Positions 46,124 to 55,806 of a DNA stretch of 64,000 nt are shown here, in pieces. The first letter of the stretch is position 1. Each line of letters opens with the position of its first letter. The notes below the pieces were generated by a model. That model was not told the origin of the DNA. It saw only the letters and a program-made list of their open reading frames with translations, and did no database searches. The stretch comes from Candidatus Magasanikbacteria bacterium UBA922 (GTDB lineage Bacteria > Patescibacteriota > Patescibacteriia > Magasanikbacterales > UBA922): the NCBI GenBank assembly GCA_002293825.1, contig DBDW01000008.1, forward strand, positions 9,430-73,429, read 5' to 3'. The translations under genes and the position numbers were made by a program.

Positions 46124-46537
46124 TTAACGTTTTCTCCACTGATGTCCACGACGAGCTCGAGTAAGACCTGGTTTTTTTCGTTCTTTTGCTCGTGAATCTC
46201 GAGTCAAGAAACCTTCTGCTTTGAGTACTGGCTTCAATTCTGGATTCCATGCAATCAATGCTCGTGAAATACCGTGTCGTACGGCAAATGCCTGTCCGGC
46301 AACTCCTCCACCGACCACACGTACCGTCACATCGAGACTTCCGTCTTTCTGTACTACACGCAATGGAGACATTACCACGTTCTGATGAATCTTAGTTGGG
46401 AAATATTCAGTATACTCCCGTCCATTTACCGTGATCGTGCCTTTTCCTGTCATGAGTTTCACGCGTGCAGCAGCCTCTTTTCGGCGACCGACTGCTCGAG
46501 TAGTAGAATCGTTTTTAGTAATTCGTTTGGTAGCCAT
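46124..46537 (-). CDS. rpsI: 30S ribosomal protein S9
   Basis: GRRK.A.ARV, GGG..GQA.A.RHGISRAL, LTRD.R..ERKK.G. Confidence 0.97.
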   Translation of the reverse strand: MATKRITKNDSTTRAVGRRKEAAARVKLMTGKGTITVNGREYTEYFPTKIHQNVVMSPLRVVQKDGSLDVTVRVVGGGVAGQAFAVRHGISRALIAWNPELKPVLKAEGFLTRDSRAKERKKPGLTRARRGHQWRKR

Positions 46538-46544
46538 ACAGCGC

Positions 46545-46907
46545 TTATGCTTTAATAGTTAACCGCTTCATCAAGATTTCTCGGTGTTTATTCTTCGGAA
46601 GCATTCCATTGACCGCGCGGCGGAGTACCTCGGTAGGATCCTCGGTAAAAATAGTCTGGAGTGAAGTAGTCTTCAATCCTCCTGGGAACATGGTGTGTCG
46701 CTTGTAGTCTTTCTGTACGAACTTCTTTCCAGTGAATTTCACTTTACTCGCATTCACTACTACAACCGTTGCCCCTCGATCGATGTGGCGTTCAAAAGTT
46801 GGCTCATCTTTTCCCATGAGCGCCATTGCGACCTCTGTTGCTACTCGACCTACCGCTCGATCGGTAGCGTCAATTTCGATATGTTTTCTCGTATTCATAG
46901 CATTCAT
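46545..46907 (-). CDS. rplM: 50S ribosomal protein L13 (short, lacks the C-terminal HPH tail)
   Basis: IDA....GR.AT.VA..L.GK..P.F, VVVNA, Y.RHT.FPGGLK, AV.GMLPKN. Confidence 0.95.
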   Translation of the reverse strand: MNAMNTRKHIEIDATDRAVGRVATEVAMALMGKDEPTFERHIDRGATVVVVNASKVKFTGKKFVQKDYKRHTMFPGGLKTTSLQTIFTEDPTEVLRRAVNGMLPKNKHREILMKRLTIKA

Positions 46908-46908
46908 A

Positions 46909-47259
46909 TTATACAAATTCAATTTTTGCGGTCTCAGCACTGTCATTGGTGCGATATCCGAGCTTCACGATACGAGTGTATCCACCTTTTCGTTCAGCAT
47001 AACGAGGCGCAATTTCTTTGACCAATTTGGTCACTGCCTTACCAGTGTACAAGGTCTTCATGATGATCTCCATGTCTACTGGACCATGTTTCTTTGCCTT
47101 GGTAATCAATGGCTCAATTACTTTTTTCAACTCTTTTGCTTTTGCAGTGGTTGTTACAATAGAACCATGCAAAATTAAACTTTCAGCAAGACTGCGGAAC
47201 AATGCTTTGCGCTGTCCACTTTCTCGACCGAATTTTTTTCCTTTTTTTTGATGTCTCAT
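46909..47259 (-). CDS. rplQ: 50S ribosomal protein L17
   Basis: MRHQ..G.K.GR...QRKAL, I.TT..KAKE, R.GGYTRI.K. Confidence 0.97.
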   Translation of the reverse strand: MRHQKKGKKFGRESGQRKALFRSLAESLILHGSIVTTTAKAKELKKVIEPLITKAKKHGPVDMEIIMKTLYTGKAVTKLVKEIAPRYAERKGGYTRIVKLGYRTNDSAETAKIEFV

Positions 47260-47283
47260 ATCACACTTAAAAAATCTCAAAAA

Positions 47284-48006
47284 TTACTCTTCAGTACTGC
47301 CCGATTTTGATGCTGTACCAGAGACATCAAGCACAAGACTGTAATGATCCATAAGGATTTTGGTTGCCCGTTCTACTGCAACTTTGGGCGAAATCGTTCC
47401 ATTCGTTTCAATTCTGATCGTCAATTTTTCGTAATCAGTCACATCTCCAACACGGGTATTTTCTACTGAGTATCCCACATCTTTGATTGGTGAGTAGAAT
47501 GAATCCATCACAATTGTTCCCAAATCTAAATGTTTACTCTCTTTTTCTGCAGCTGGAACATATCCCAATCCCTTGCCAATAATTACTTCAAGTGAAAATT
47601 CCTTTTTGTCTGAAGTAATTGTTGCAATTTTCAATTCAGGATTCACAATTTCAATATCAGCATTTTTTGCAAAATCAGCAGCAGTAACATCTCCTACGCC
47701 TTTTTTCTTCAGCGTAAGTACTACCGGCTCATCACTGTGTGAAATTACCGCAAGCTGTTTCAAATTGAGGGTTACTTCAATAACATCTTCAAGCACACCT
47801 TCGATTGCTGAAAATTCATGTTGTACTCCATCAATTTTTACTGCTTCAACCGCAGAACCTTCGATTGAAGACAATAGTACTCGTCGGAGTGAATTACCGA
47901 GCGTCGTACCATACCCCTGATGACATGGGGTTACCACCAATTCACCGATATTTTTGTCGCCGGTTTCTCGAAACTCGATTGATGACGGAAGTAAGATATA
48001 ATCCAT
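47284..48006 (-). CDS. rpoA: RNA polymerase alpha subunit, N-terminal domain only (240 aa)
   Basis: GYG.TLGNSLRRVLLSS, HEFS.I.GV.ED, DS.YSPI, VENTRVG..TDY.KL...ETNGTI.P; no CTD. Confidence 0.95.
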   Translation of the reverse strand: MDYILLPSSIEFRETGDKNIGELVVTPCHQGYGTTLGNSLRRVLLSSIEGSAVEAVKIDGVQHEFSAIEGVLEDVIEVTLNLKQLAVISHSDEPVVLTLKKKGVGDVTAADFAKNADIEIVNPELKIATITSDKKEFSLEVIIGKGLGYVPAAEKESKHLDLGTIVMDSFYSPIKDVGYSVENTRVGDVTDYEKLTIRIETNGTISPKVAVERATKILMDHYSLVLDVSGTASKSGSTEE

Positions 48007-48058
48007 AGATAAGTAGATTATTGACAGGGCGTGAATAAACTCACACTCCTACCTCTGA

Positions 48059-48679
48059 TTAGCGAGTTGAGTAATACTCAACGATAAGCTTAACATCGAA
48101 TACACGTTCGAAATCCGTAGGCAATGGACGCGCGGTAACTTTTCCAGCCGCACCATTTTCAATTCGAAGCCATGAAGGAAGTTCTTGTTTTTTCAATTTT
48201 TCTTCAATTCCTTCAAAAATTTTCTTTCCTGCTTTGTTTGCTTTGAGTACGATCTCATCTCCGACACTCACAATATGAGAAGGAATGTTCATCTTCTTTC
48301 CGTTCAACATAAACATGCCATGACTTACCAATTGTCGAGCTTGTGCGCGAGTAACTGCAAATCCGAGACGATATACTACATTATCCATGCGCATTTCAAG
48401 AATTTGATTCAAGTTTACTCCAGAATCCCCCGCCATATTACTCGCAGTTTCTACATAGCGTCGGAATTGGCGTTCACGAAGACCATACACAAATTTTGCT
48501 TTCTGTTTTTCATCAAGCTGACGTCCATATGATGAACCTGCTCCTTTGCGCTTATTTGGTCCATGTTGCCCAGGAGACTGATTCAATCGGCGCGCAACTT
48601 TGGTCGCATTTGTTTTCAAACCCAAATTCACGTGAAAACGTCGTGCGATTTTATTTTTTGGTCCAATATTTCTACCCAT
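48059..48679 (-). CDS. rpsD: 30S ribosomal protein S4
   Basis: PGQHG, YG.QL.EKQK....YG..ERQF, E.R.DNVVYRLG, ARQLVSHG, VEYYS. Confidence 0.97.
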   Translation of the reverse strand: MGRNIGPKNKIARRFHVNLGLKTNATKVARRLNQSPGQHGPNKRKGAGSSYGRQLDEKQKAKFVYGLRERQFRRYVETASNMAGDSGVNLNQILEMRMDNVVYRLGFAVTRAQARQLVSHGMFMLNGKKMNIPSHIVSVGDEIVLKANKAGKKIFEGIEEKLKKQELPSWLRIENGAAGKVTARPLPTDFERVFDVKLIVEYYSTR

Positions 48680-48706
48680 AGTATTTGAAATTCGTTATGT
48701 TTAGTA

Positions 48707-49102
48707 TTAAACGCGACGGCGTTTTGGAGGACGACATCCGTTGTGTGGAATTGGAGTAATATCTTTTACCGCAAGTACGTTGACTCCATTGGTATTAAAC
48801 GCACGAATTGCAGCTTCGCGTCCACCACCCACACCTTTTACAAACACATTTACTTCTTTTACTCCATACGCTTTGATCGCTTCAAGTACATTCTTTACCA
48901 CCATACCTGCTGCATACGGAGTTGCTTTTTTAGGACCTTTAAAACCTGCTCCACCGGCTGAACCCCATCCAAGTACATCACCATTCTGATCAGTGACCGT
49001 AACAATCGTATTATTGAATGAAGCCTGAACATACGCTCGTCCATGAGAAACTGAGCGAATTGCCTTTTTCTTTTTCGTAACTTTTTTAGTTGCTTGTGCC
49101 AT
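48707..49102 (-). CDS. rpsK: 30S ribosomal protein S11
   Basis: ASFNNTIVT.TD, GFKG..K.TPYAA, D.TP.PHNGCRPPKRRRV. Confidence 0.97.
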   Translation of the reverse strand: MAQATKKVTKKKKAIRSVSHGRAYVQASFNNTIVTVTDQNGDVLGWGSAGGAGFKGPKKATPYAAGMVVKNVLEAIKAYGVKEVNVFVKGVGGGREAAIRAFNTNGVNVLAVKDITPIPHNGCRPPKRRRV

Positions 49103-49146
49103 AGTTATGTTTAGACAGAGTTTAGAAAATTACTCATTCACCTGTT

Positions 49147-49533
49147 TTAGGTCTTCTGAGCTGCTGGTTTCTTTCCACTAGGTGCGATATTACGCTTATT
49201 GCCACGAGTGGTGCGACTGTTGGTCTTCGTTCTCTGACCTCGCGCAGGTAGACGACGTGCATGGCGAATACCACGGTATGATTTGATATCTTTCAAACGC
49301 TTAATATTTGCCACCACTTCACGACGAAGATTACCTTCTGTGGTTTCATTTTTTTCAATGATAGTGCGAATTTTATCTTCCTCTTCCTGAGTAAGATCTT
49401 TTACTCGAACACTTTCTGAGATCTTTGCTGTTTCCAAAATTTTCTTTGCTTTCGTACTACCGATACCGTAAATATAGGTAAGTGCAATTACGATTCGTTT
49501 TTCGCGTGGAATGGTTACACCTGAGACTCGCAT
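49147..49533 (-). CDS. rpsM: 30S ribosomal protein S13
   Basis: [27 protein letters not shown]...[10 protein letters not shown]. Confidence 0.97.
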   Translation of the reverse strand: MRVSGVTIPREKRIVIALTYIYGIGSTKAKKILETAKISESVRVKDLTQEEEDKIRTIIEKNETTEGNLRREVVANIKRLKDIKSYRGIRHARRLPARGQRTKTNSRTTRGNKRNIAPSGKKPAAQKT

Positions 49534-49558
49534 ACGTTATTACAATTATATTCTAAAA

Positions 49559-49699
49559 TTAACTACCCGCCTTGGTTCGCAACTTACGTCCTTGACGTTG
49601 CTTGTGACGTGGGTTCTTGCAAATAACGAATCGAACTCCGCGTCGTACCACGATTTTGCAGTCTTTGCATCGTGTCTTTACTGCTGGCTGTACTTTCAT
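49559..49699 (-). CDS. rpmJ: 50S ribosomal protein L36 (not in the ORF track; 9-aa C-terminal extension)
   Basis: [46 protein letters not shown]; lies between infA and rpsM. Confidence 0.93.
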   Translation of the reverse strand: MKVQPAVKTRCKDCKIVVRRGVRFVICKNPRHKQRQGRKLRTKAGS

Positions 49700-49806
49700 A
49701 AAACACTCAGATTTAAACAAAAATCATCAACTACTATGCGATATCGACGCCCTGAACGAGTCACAGGCTACACCGCTCTAGTTGAGACTTTTAAACTAAT
49801 TAATCA

Positions 49807-50025
49807 TTAGAACCGATAGGTAATACGTCCTTTTGAGAGATCATACGGCGTCATTTCGACTTTCACCTCGTCACCGACGTTGAGTCGAATATTGAACATT
49901 CGCATTTTTCCACCCAAATGAGCGATTACTTCGTGTTCGTTTTCAAGTTTTACACGAAATTTGGCACCAGGAAGAAGTTCATCGATCACTCCCCTGACTT
50001 CCAAAAAATCATTGTTTTTTGGCAT
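49807..50025 (-). CDS. infA: Translation initiation factor IF-1
   Basis: LP...FRV.LEN, GKMR...IR...GD.V.VE..PYDL.KGRI.YR. Confidence 0.97.
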   Translation of the reverse strand: MPKNNDFLEVRGVIDELLPGAKFRVKLENEHEVIAHLGGKMRMFNIRLNVGDEVKVEMTPYDLSKGRITYRF

Positions 50026-50147
50026 GTAAAAAAAATATTTAACGCGGGTATTGTAGCGTATATGAATAAAATTGTCAATACGAGCACGATGTGCACAGAA
50101 TTACGTTATTTTTGCGCTATATAAAGCTCAAAAATCTATATGACTGA

Positions 50148-50579
50148 CTACTCCTTCTCACCTGCTCGCTCACGATACACCCAGAATCTGAATAATGCAA
50201 AATTCCACAAAACCATGCAGGCAATTGATAACACCCGCACAGCTACATGATGAATTCCCCATTGTTCATTTCCCACGTACATCGCACTCACCGAAAACAC
50301 ATAATTCCACGTAGCAAGTATCAAATATCGCACAAGCTCCTGATGAGCTTTCCCTACACTTCCAAATGACCACTTTTTATTGAGTGTAAAATTAAATGTA
50401 AGAACAATCGCCTGACTCAGGACCACTGACACGGTAGGGTTAATCGAAAGGATATCCGCACATACGATCAATAATGAGATATCGATCGCTACACTAGAAA
50501 CTCCCACGATCACGTATTTTGCAAATTTAACACGCTCATTCCATGCGCGTCGTATGAACGGTATCAAAAAATCTTTCAT
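50148..50579 (-). CDS. GtrA family protein
   Basis: KY.IVG, NF.LNK.WSF, WNF...RFWVY; 4 TM segments. Confidence 0.85.
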   Translation of the reverse strand: MKDFLIPFIRRAWNERVKFAKYVIVGVSSVAIDISLLIVCADILSINPTVSVVLSQAIVLTFNFTLNKKWSFGSVGKAHQELVRYLILATWNYVFSVSAMYVGNEQWGIHHVAVRVLSIACMVLWNFALFRFWVYRERAGEKE

Positions 50580-50630
50580 AGATTCTACAGTATACCCCAC
50601 CTACGGCAAGATTGCTAGAAAACCGTACAC

Positions 50631-51482
50631 TTATACACTCACTACACTCGTATTCTTTTTTCGATGAGATCGAATTACCGAAAACGCGAACGCACCCAAG
50701 AATACACAACCCTGGAAGAACACAATCGCACCCCCGGTCGAAACATCAAGATAATAACTCGCATATGCGCCCACAACCGAAGAAACCACACTGACCACAC
50801 TTGCAATTACAAGCATCACTGGAAAACGCTTGGTAAGTAAAAACGCAGTAGACCCAGGCGTGATAAGCATAGCGATTACGAGAATAATACCTACGGTCTG
50901 TAATGATGCAGTGATCGTCACGGCGAGCAATACCAATAGAAAGTAGTGAATGAATTTTGCACTCACCCCTACCGATTGCATATGTGTGGGATCAAAACAA
51001 AACAAGAGCAGTGTACGGCGAAAGGTGAGAATAATAGCTGCAACCACCGCAGAGACACCGATGGTATACCATGCAGCTACATCGGAAATTCCGAGTACAT
51101 AGCCAAAAAGTACATGCATGAGATCGATAGAACTCACCGTACGAGAAATCAAAATGAGTCCCAACGCAAACAAGGTAGTGAATACGATTCCCATCACAGC
51201 ATCCTCTTTTATCTTCGTATGCGTCTTGATACTCCCGATCAGTAATACTGCCAAAAGTGCAAAGATAAATCCTCCAACGCTAAACGGGATACCGATAATA
51301 TAAGCGAGCACTACCCCTGGAAGCACAGCGTGAGAGATAGCATCACCCAAGAGTGACCATCCTTTCAAAATAAGGAAGCATGACAGGAGTGCGCATACCG
51401 CACCCACCACAGATGAGACTACAATAGCCTTCACCATAAAGGGGTACTGGAGTGGAATGGTAATTAAATCGACGATATTCAT
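50631..51482 (-). CDS. Mn/Zn ABC transporter permease
   Basis: SLLGDAISHAVLPG, KEDA..GI, L.H.LFG, VG.ILV.AML.TP. Confidence 0.92.
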   Translation of the reverse strand: MNIVDLITIPLQYPFMVKAIVVSSVVGAVCALLSCFLILKGWSLLGDAISHAVLPGVVLAYIIGIPFSVGGFIFALLAVLLIGSIKTHTKIKEDAVMGIVFTTLFALGLILISRTVSSIDLMHVLFGYVLGISDVAAWYTIGVSAVVAAIILTFRRTLLLFCFDPTHMQSVGVSAKFIHYFLLVLLAVTITASLQTVGIILVIAMLITPGSTAFLLTKRFPVMLVIASVVSVVSSVVGAYASYYLDVSTGGAIVFFQGCVFLGAFAFSVIRSHRKKNTSVVSV

Positions 51483-51543
51483 ACGGTATATTAGAGTTTA
51501 TAGCACATAGTTTATATAAAAAACACATTCGTATTCCTATTAG

Positions 51544-52281
51544 CTATGCGCTAAACTTGATACGATGCATAGCTCCATCAAATGTCTGCGTCACATTGTC
51601 CCGTGTGAAGACTTCTGTCGTCGGTCCATATGCTACCACTGTCTTTTTGATCAGTGCCACATGATCACAATATTCGGACAACGACGTAAGTTCGTGAGTA
51701 GACAATATAATGGTCTTTCCAGCTTGCTTCAACGTGAGCAACAATTCGGTCAATGCATGTTCACTTTTTGCATCTACTCCTGCAAACGGCTCGTCGAGTA
51801 ACAATATATCCGCACCATGTGCTAGTGCACGAGCCACAAAGACCCGTTTTTTCTGCCCACCCGAAAGCTCTCCGATCTGTCGATCTCGGTATTCTTTCAT
51901 TCCTACTTTTTCGAGTGCATTCATGACCTGCGCATGATCTTCTGCTCTTGGTGTGCGAAATATATTTTGCAAACCAAACCTTCCCATCATCACCACATCA
52001 TATACAGAGACAGGAAAATCCCAGTCTACCAATTCATTCTGTGGCACATAGGCTACGACTCCTTCTTTTTGTGCCTGCAATGGCGTCTTCTGATCCACCA
52101 GTACCGACCCACTCGTCGGACGCACCAATCCCATAATGACTTTGAACAGAGTAGATTTCCCTGCACCGTTCATACCGATCACTCCAGAAAATGTTCCTTC
52201 TGGAATCTGAATAGATGCATTTTCTAATCCCATTCTATCTTGATATTCTACTGATACATTGTGCAATTCTATCGCGTACAT
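51544..52281 (-). CDS. Mn/Zn ABC transporter ATP-binding protein
   Basis: GMNGAGKST, YVPQ...DWDFP, LSGGQKKR, LDEPF.GVD. Confidence 0.92.
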   Translation of the reverse strand: MYAIELHNVSVEYQDRMGLENASIQIPEGTFSGVIGMNGAGKSTLFKVIMGLVRPTSGSVLVDQKTPLQAQKEGVVAYVPQNELVDWDFPVSVYDVVMMGRFGLQNIFRTPRAEDHAQVMNALEKVGMKEYRDRQIGELSGGQKKRVFVARALAHGADILLLDEPFAGVDAKSEHALTELLLTLKQAGKTIILSTHELTSLSEYCDHVALIKKTVVAYGPTTEVFTRDNVTQTFDGAMHRIKFSA

Positions 52282-52307
52282 ACTATTTTTTTTGTTGAAT
52301 AATACAA

Positions 52308-53237
52308 TTACAGACCACGTAGTCCATTCACAATCGTCTCTACGGTGTGTGTGAGTAATGCGAGATACGTTGGTGCCGGACCGTCTGCACCTGACAACGA
52401 ATCTACATATAATACTCCCCCCATACGGCTTCCCGATTCGCGCACAACTTCTTCTTGAATTTTTGGCTCTACCGTACTCTCACAAAAGATTGCCGGAATA
52501 GTATTCTTTTTCACTTGATCAACTACATAGGCAATTTGTTGCGGACTCCCTTGTGACTCATCATTGATAGCCCAGAGATATAACTCTTTCATACCATAAT
52601 CCTTTGCGAGATAACTAAATGCTCCTTCACAAGTAGTAAGATAACGTTGTGCTTCGGGAATTTTTGATATAGATTCTCTCAGTTGAATATCAAGTGCTTT
52701 GATTTTTTCCGAATAGATGCGTGCCCGCTCAGCAAAATACGCCTCATCTTCTGGGGAAACCTCGGTCAATGCTTTTCTAATATTTTCCACATACACGAGT
52801 GCCTGTTTGGGCGACATCCATGCGTGTGGATTTGGTTTGTCTTTGTATGCACCCTCAGCAATTGGCACTACCTCGATCCCTTCACTAATGGTCACATGTG
52901 GAACATTAGAAATACTTGTATACAATTTTTGTGCCCACAATTCGAGATTGAGACCATTGTCAAAAATAATATCAGCACGTGACGCACGAACCAAATCTCC
53001 AGGAGTCGGTTCATATCCATGAATTTCTACTCCGGGCTTGGTCAAAGAAATTGCTTCCACTTTCTCACCCCCCACTTCACGCACCATATCTGAAATTACG
53101 GTAAACGTAGAAAGTACCGTGAGTCGAGTGTCTGTATTTTGTTTTTCACGATCTGCATCTCGAGATACAAGAAACACCCAACTCAACATTATCGAGATGG
53201 CCACTACTACAATAGATATAATAATTTTTTTATTCAT
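52308..53237 (-). CDS. Mn/Zn ABC transporter substrate-binding protein (TroA/MntA/SitA-like)
   Basis: EIHGYEP, NPHAWMS, TCEGAFSY, LYVDSL metal ligands. Confidence 0.92.
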   Translation of the reverse strand: MNKKIIISIVVVAISIMLSWVFLVSRDADREKQNTDTRLTVLSTFTVISDMVREVGGEKVEAISLTKPGVEIHGYEPTPGDLVRASRADIIFDNGLNLELWAQKLYTSISNVPHVTISEGIEVVPIAEGAYKDKPNPHAWMSPKQALVYVENIRKALTEVSPEDEAYFAERARIYSEKIKALDIQLRESISKIPEAQRYLTTCEGAFSYLAKDYGMKELYLWAINDESQGSPQQIAYVVDQVKKNTIPAIFCESTVEPKIQEEVVRESGSRMGGVLYVDSLSGADGPAPTYLALLTHTVETIVNGLRGL

Positions 53238-53304
53238 AATTTTATTCTAGATTCAAATACGTGATGTACACATAAATTTTTCTATGTGTATCCCTCTTTT
53301 GTTT

Positions 53305-53709
53305 TTATTTTTTGATTTTCTTTCCATGAGGATCCACATCTGGATTACCGAGAAATTTCGCGAGACGCTCGATCACCTTGTCTGAAAACGCATGCTCCAG
53401 TTTGTGAGCTTCCGCATGAATATCCGACGACGGAATATCGAGTACTGTATGAAGAAATACTTCAATCAAACGATGCTTGTATGTGAGTTTTTCTGCAAGA
53501 CCATGCCCTCGTGTAGTCAATGTAATACCTCCACTTCGATTGGTCTTGATCAATCGTGCACGCTCGAGATCATGCACACGTTCGGAAACCGTAGAACGAG
53601 CGAGCGAAAGATATCGTGCAATATCGATAATACGAACCTGTACCCCTTGTTCACCAAGACAATGAATTGCTCTCACATAATCTTCTCTTGTTGATGTAAT
53701 TTTTTTCAT
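53305..53709 (-). CDS. mntR: DtxR/MntR-family metal-dependent repressor
   Basis: EDY..AI, DIA..L.....V, LT..G, KHRLIE.FL, EA..LEH, DPHG. Confidence 0.88.
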   Translation of the reverse strand: MKKITSTREDYVRAIHCLGEQGVQVRIIDIARYLSLARSTVSERVHDLERARLIKTNRSGGITLTTRGHGLAEKLTYKHRLIEVFLHTVLDIPSSDIHAEAHKLEHAFSDKVIERLAKFLGNPDVDPHGKKIKK

Positions 53710-53718
53710 ATATCCTAT

Positions 53719-53738
53719 TTGTTCGTATATACGAACAA
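53719..53738. promoter_or_regulatory. Probable MntR operator
   Basis: Perfect 20-bp palindrome TTGTTCGTATATACGAACAA between a TTGACG-17-TATAGT promoter (53740-53768, minus strand) and the mntR start. Confidence 0.75.
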
Positions 53739-53895
53739 TACTATACCACGACCTATTGATATCGTCAAGAAGCCTGTGTTCCTCTCATGATACATTGACA
53801 ACAAAACCCTACTATGATAGCTTCTTTCCAAGTTTGGACTGTCTCAGTCTAGACTCTAGCCAACAACCAACCCTTGCGACGACCAAGGAGGACAT

Positions 53896-53991
53896 ATGGA
53901 CCCGCCGAAGAAAAACCTGGTGAAAAAAGATAACATGATGGACAAGTCCAGCATCGGCAAGACGGCGCGCACGACGACCGCGGCACGCTGA
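53896..53991 (+). CDS. Short SD-led ORF (31 aa), possibly a frameshifted remnant
   Basis: AAGGAGG SD before ATG; TTGACA promoter at 53796; GC-rich. Confidence 0.3.
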   Translation: MDPPKKNLVKKDNMMDKSSIGKTARTTTAAR

Positions 53992-54376
53992 TCCACGACA
54001 CGGAGGTCGAGGATCCGCACCCCCCCACCGTAAGGAAAGGAAATGAAAAAGTATGCAGTCTTCTAGCGATTCCAACCTTTGGCTTTCGTGACCACAGTCA
54101 ACCTTACTACCGCAGATGCGGTACGAAAAAAGCTGTGCTCGCACCTAGAGCCACACCTATCACACGAACAACAACTCAAGTGATATGGTGTGGCTCTAGA
54201 CTACTATTATCATCTATCTCAAAAACGCCTATAAGGCGTTTTATTGGTTTTCTATTGACAATTTCTCGTTATTTGTGTACCATCTCACGGCCTGTTTTAC
54301 CTGTGTTCCAGTATTCACTGATACACAACAGGTTACATAACTACACGAGTAACAACAATACACTTTTGGAGCAATC

Positions 54377-54601
54377 GTGCACGATCCTCGTTTTTCCTCG
54401 TTCTTCTACGACACCCTCCCTGACAAGAGTGAAAGCGCCCGATCGACCACGCTCGTCCCCGACGACTCGATCCCCACGGGACCGCTACACCCGCGTCGAG
54501 TACGGGCAGGAGGCAACCGCCGGATCCAGACCGACAACGGTCTCATGAAGTTCACCGGCGAGGAGACGCCAGGCAACACAGGTGACGGAAACGTCGCCTA
54601 A
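54377..54601 (+). CDS. Orphan hypothetical protein (74 aa)
   Basis: GGAG before GTG; promoter TTGACA-17-TACCAT at 54255; 3' hairpin at 54621-54667. Confidence 0.35.
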   Translation: MHDPRFSSFFYDTLPDKSESARSTTLVPDDSIPTGPLHPRRVRAGGNRRIQTDNGLMKFTGEETPGNTGDGNVA

Positions 54602-54775
54602 GAAGCACTCTCTGTAGTTACCGGCGCTGTATTCAACCGACTTCTCGTAGTTGGGTACGGCGTCCGGACTCAACTTGTTCATTCTAAGATAATCTTATCT
54701 ACAAGAAAAAGCAGATAGCAAGTAGCAAACTAATTTGATACTACACTATCTGCTTTTTTATTTTGAACAAAATCT

Positions 54776-55741
54776 TTACGTAATTACATGTTCGACATTT
54801 CTAATATCATAGAGTGTCGTTCCTCCACTATACGAAATTGCACTTTGCAAATCTTCTTCAATCTCTTGTAACTTTTGCTCATACGTCATCGTATTGCATT
54901 CGATGTGACGTAAAAATCCTTCTACATGATGGCGCGTACCTTTATTATGCTCTGATGCTGAGCCAAAATATATCTTCTTTACTTCCCCATCAACACTGAT
55001 CGTCTCACCAGGAGAATCGACACATGCACTAAACATACCCCCAATCATCACCATATCTGCTCCTGCATGAATCGCTTTTGCAATATCTCCATTATGCTTG
55101 ATTCCTCCATCTGCGATAAGTATGGTTTTTAATTTTTTTTCTTTTTTCACTTGCCCACATGCACTCACACACGAATACATCGGATACGTAAATCCTGTCT
55201 TAAATTTGGTCGAACATGCAGACCCGCCACCAATTCCTATTTTTACCGCATCAGCCCCCCATTCCGACAAATCCACCAACGCGTCTCCACTTGCCACATT
55301 TCCTGCAATAATAAAACATTCAGGAAAATGTTTTCTCGTATGTTCCAAAATTTTCTTGACTGCCAGACTATGTCCATGTGCAATATCGATTGTTACCGCA
55401 TCAACACGAAGATTCTTTGACTTCAAGGTATCGATTAGTGCGTAATCAGCATCTTTTACTCCGAGAGAAATTGAAATAAAAATATCTTGATTCTTCTCGA
55501 TCCACGCAACAATCTCTTCGTATGCATAAAATCTATGGAGAATATAAAAATATTGATGTTCTGCCATCCAGCGTGCAAGCGTAAAATCAATGGTGCATTT
55601 CATATTTGCAGGCATCACCGGCACCTTCCACTGTTTTCCAGCATACTGTACCGACGTATTACACTCTGATCGAGAATTCACGACACAGAGTTTTGGCACA
55701 AGCCACACCTGTGAATATTCGAGTGCTTTTTCCATAGACAT
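54776..55741 (-). CDS. guaC: GMP reductase
   Basis: PANM, IDIAHGHS, IAGNV, K.GIG.GS.C.TK.KTGF, IADGGI...GDIAKAI, Y.GSAS. Confidence 0.92.
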   Translation of the reverse strand: MSMEKALEYSQVWLVPKLCVVNSRSECNTSVQYAGKQWKVPVMPANMKCTIDFTLARWMAEHQYFYILHRFYAYEEIVAWIEKNQDIFISISLGVKDADYALIDTLKSKNLRVDAVTIDIAHGHSLAVKKILEHTRKHFPECFIIAGNVASGDALVDLSEWGADAVKIGIGGGSACSTKFKTGFTYPMYSCVSACGQVKKEKKLKTILIADGGIKHNGDIAKAIHAGADMVMIGGMFSACVDSPGETISVDGEVKKIYFGSASEHNKGTRHHVEGFLRHIECNTMTYEQKLQEIEEDLQSAISYSGGTTLYDIRNVEHVIT

Positions 55742-55806
55742 GTATGGTTAAAACTTATGATATATATTATTTTTGCACGTAAAAAAAGGGTTATGACTAA
55801 CCCTTT

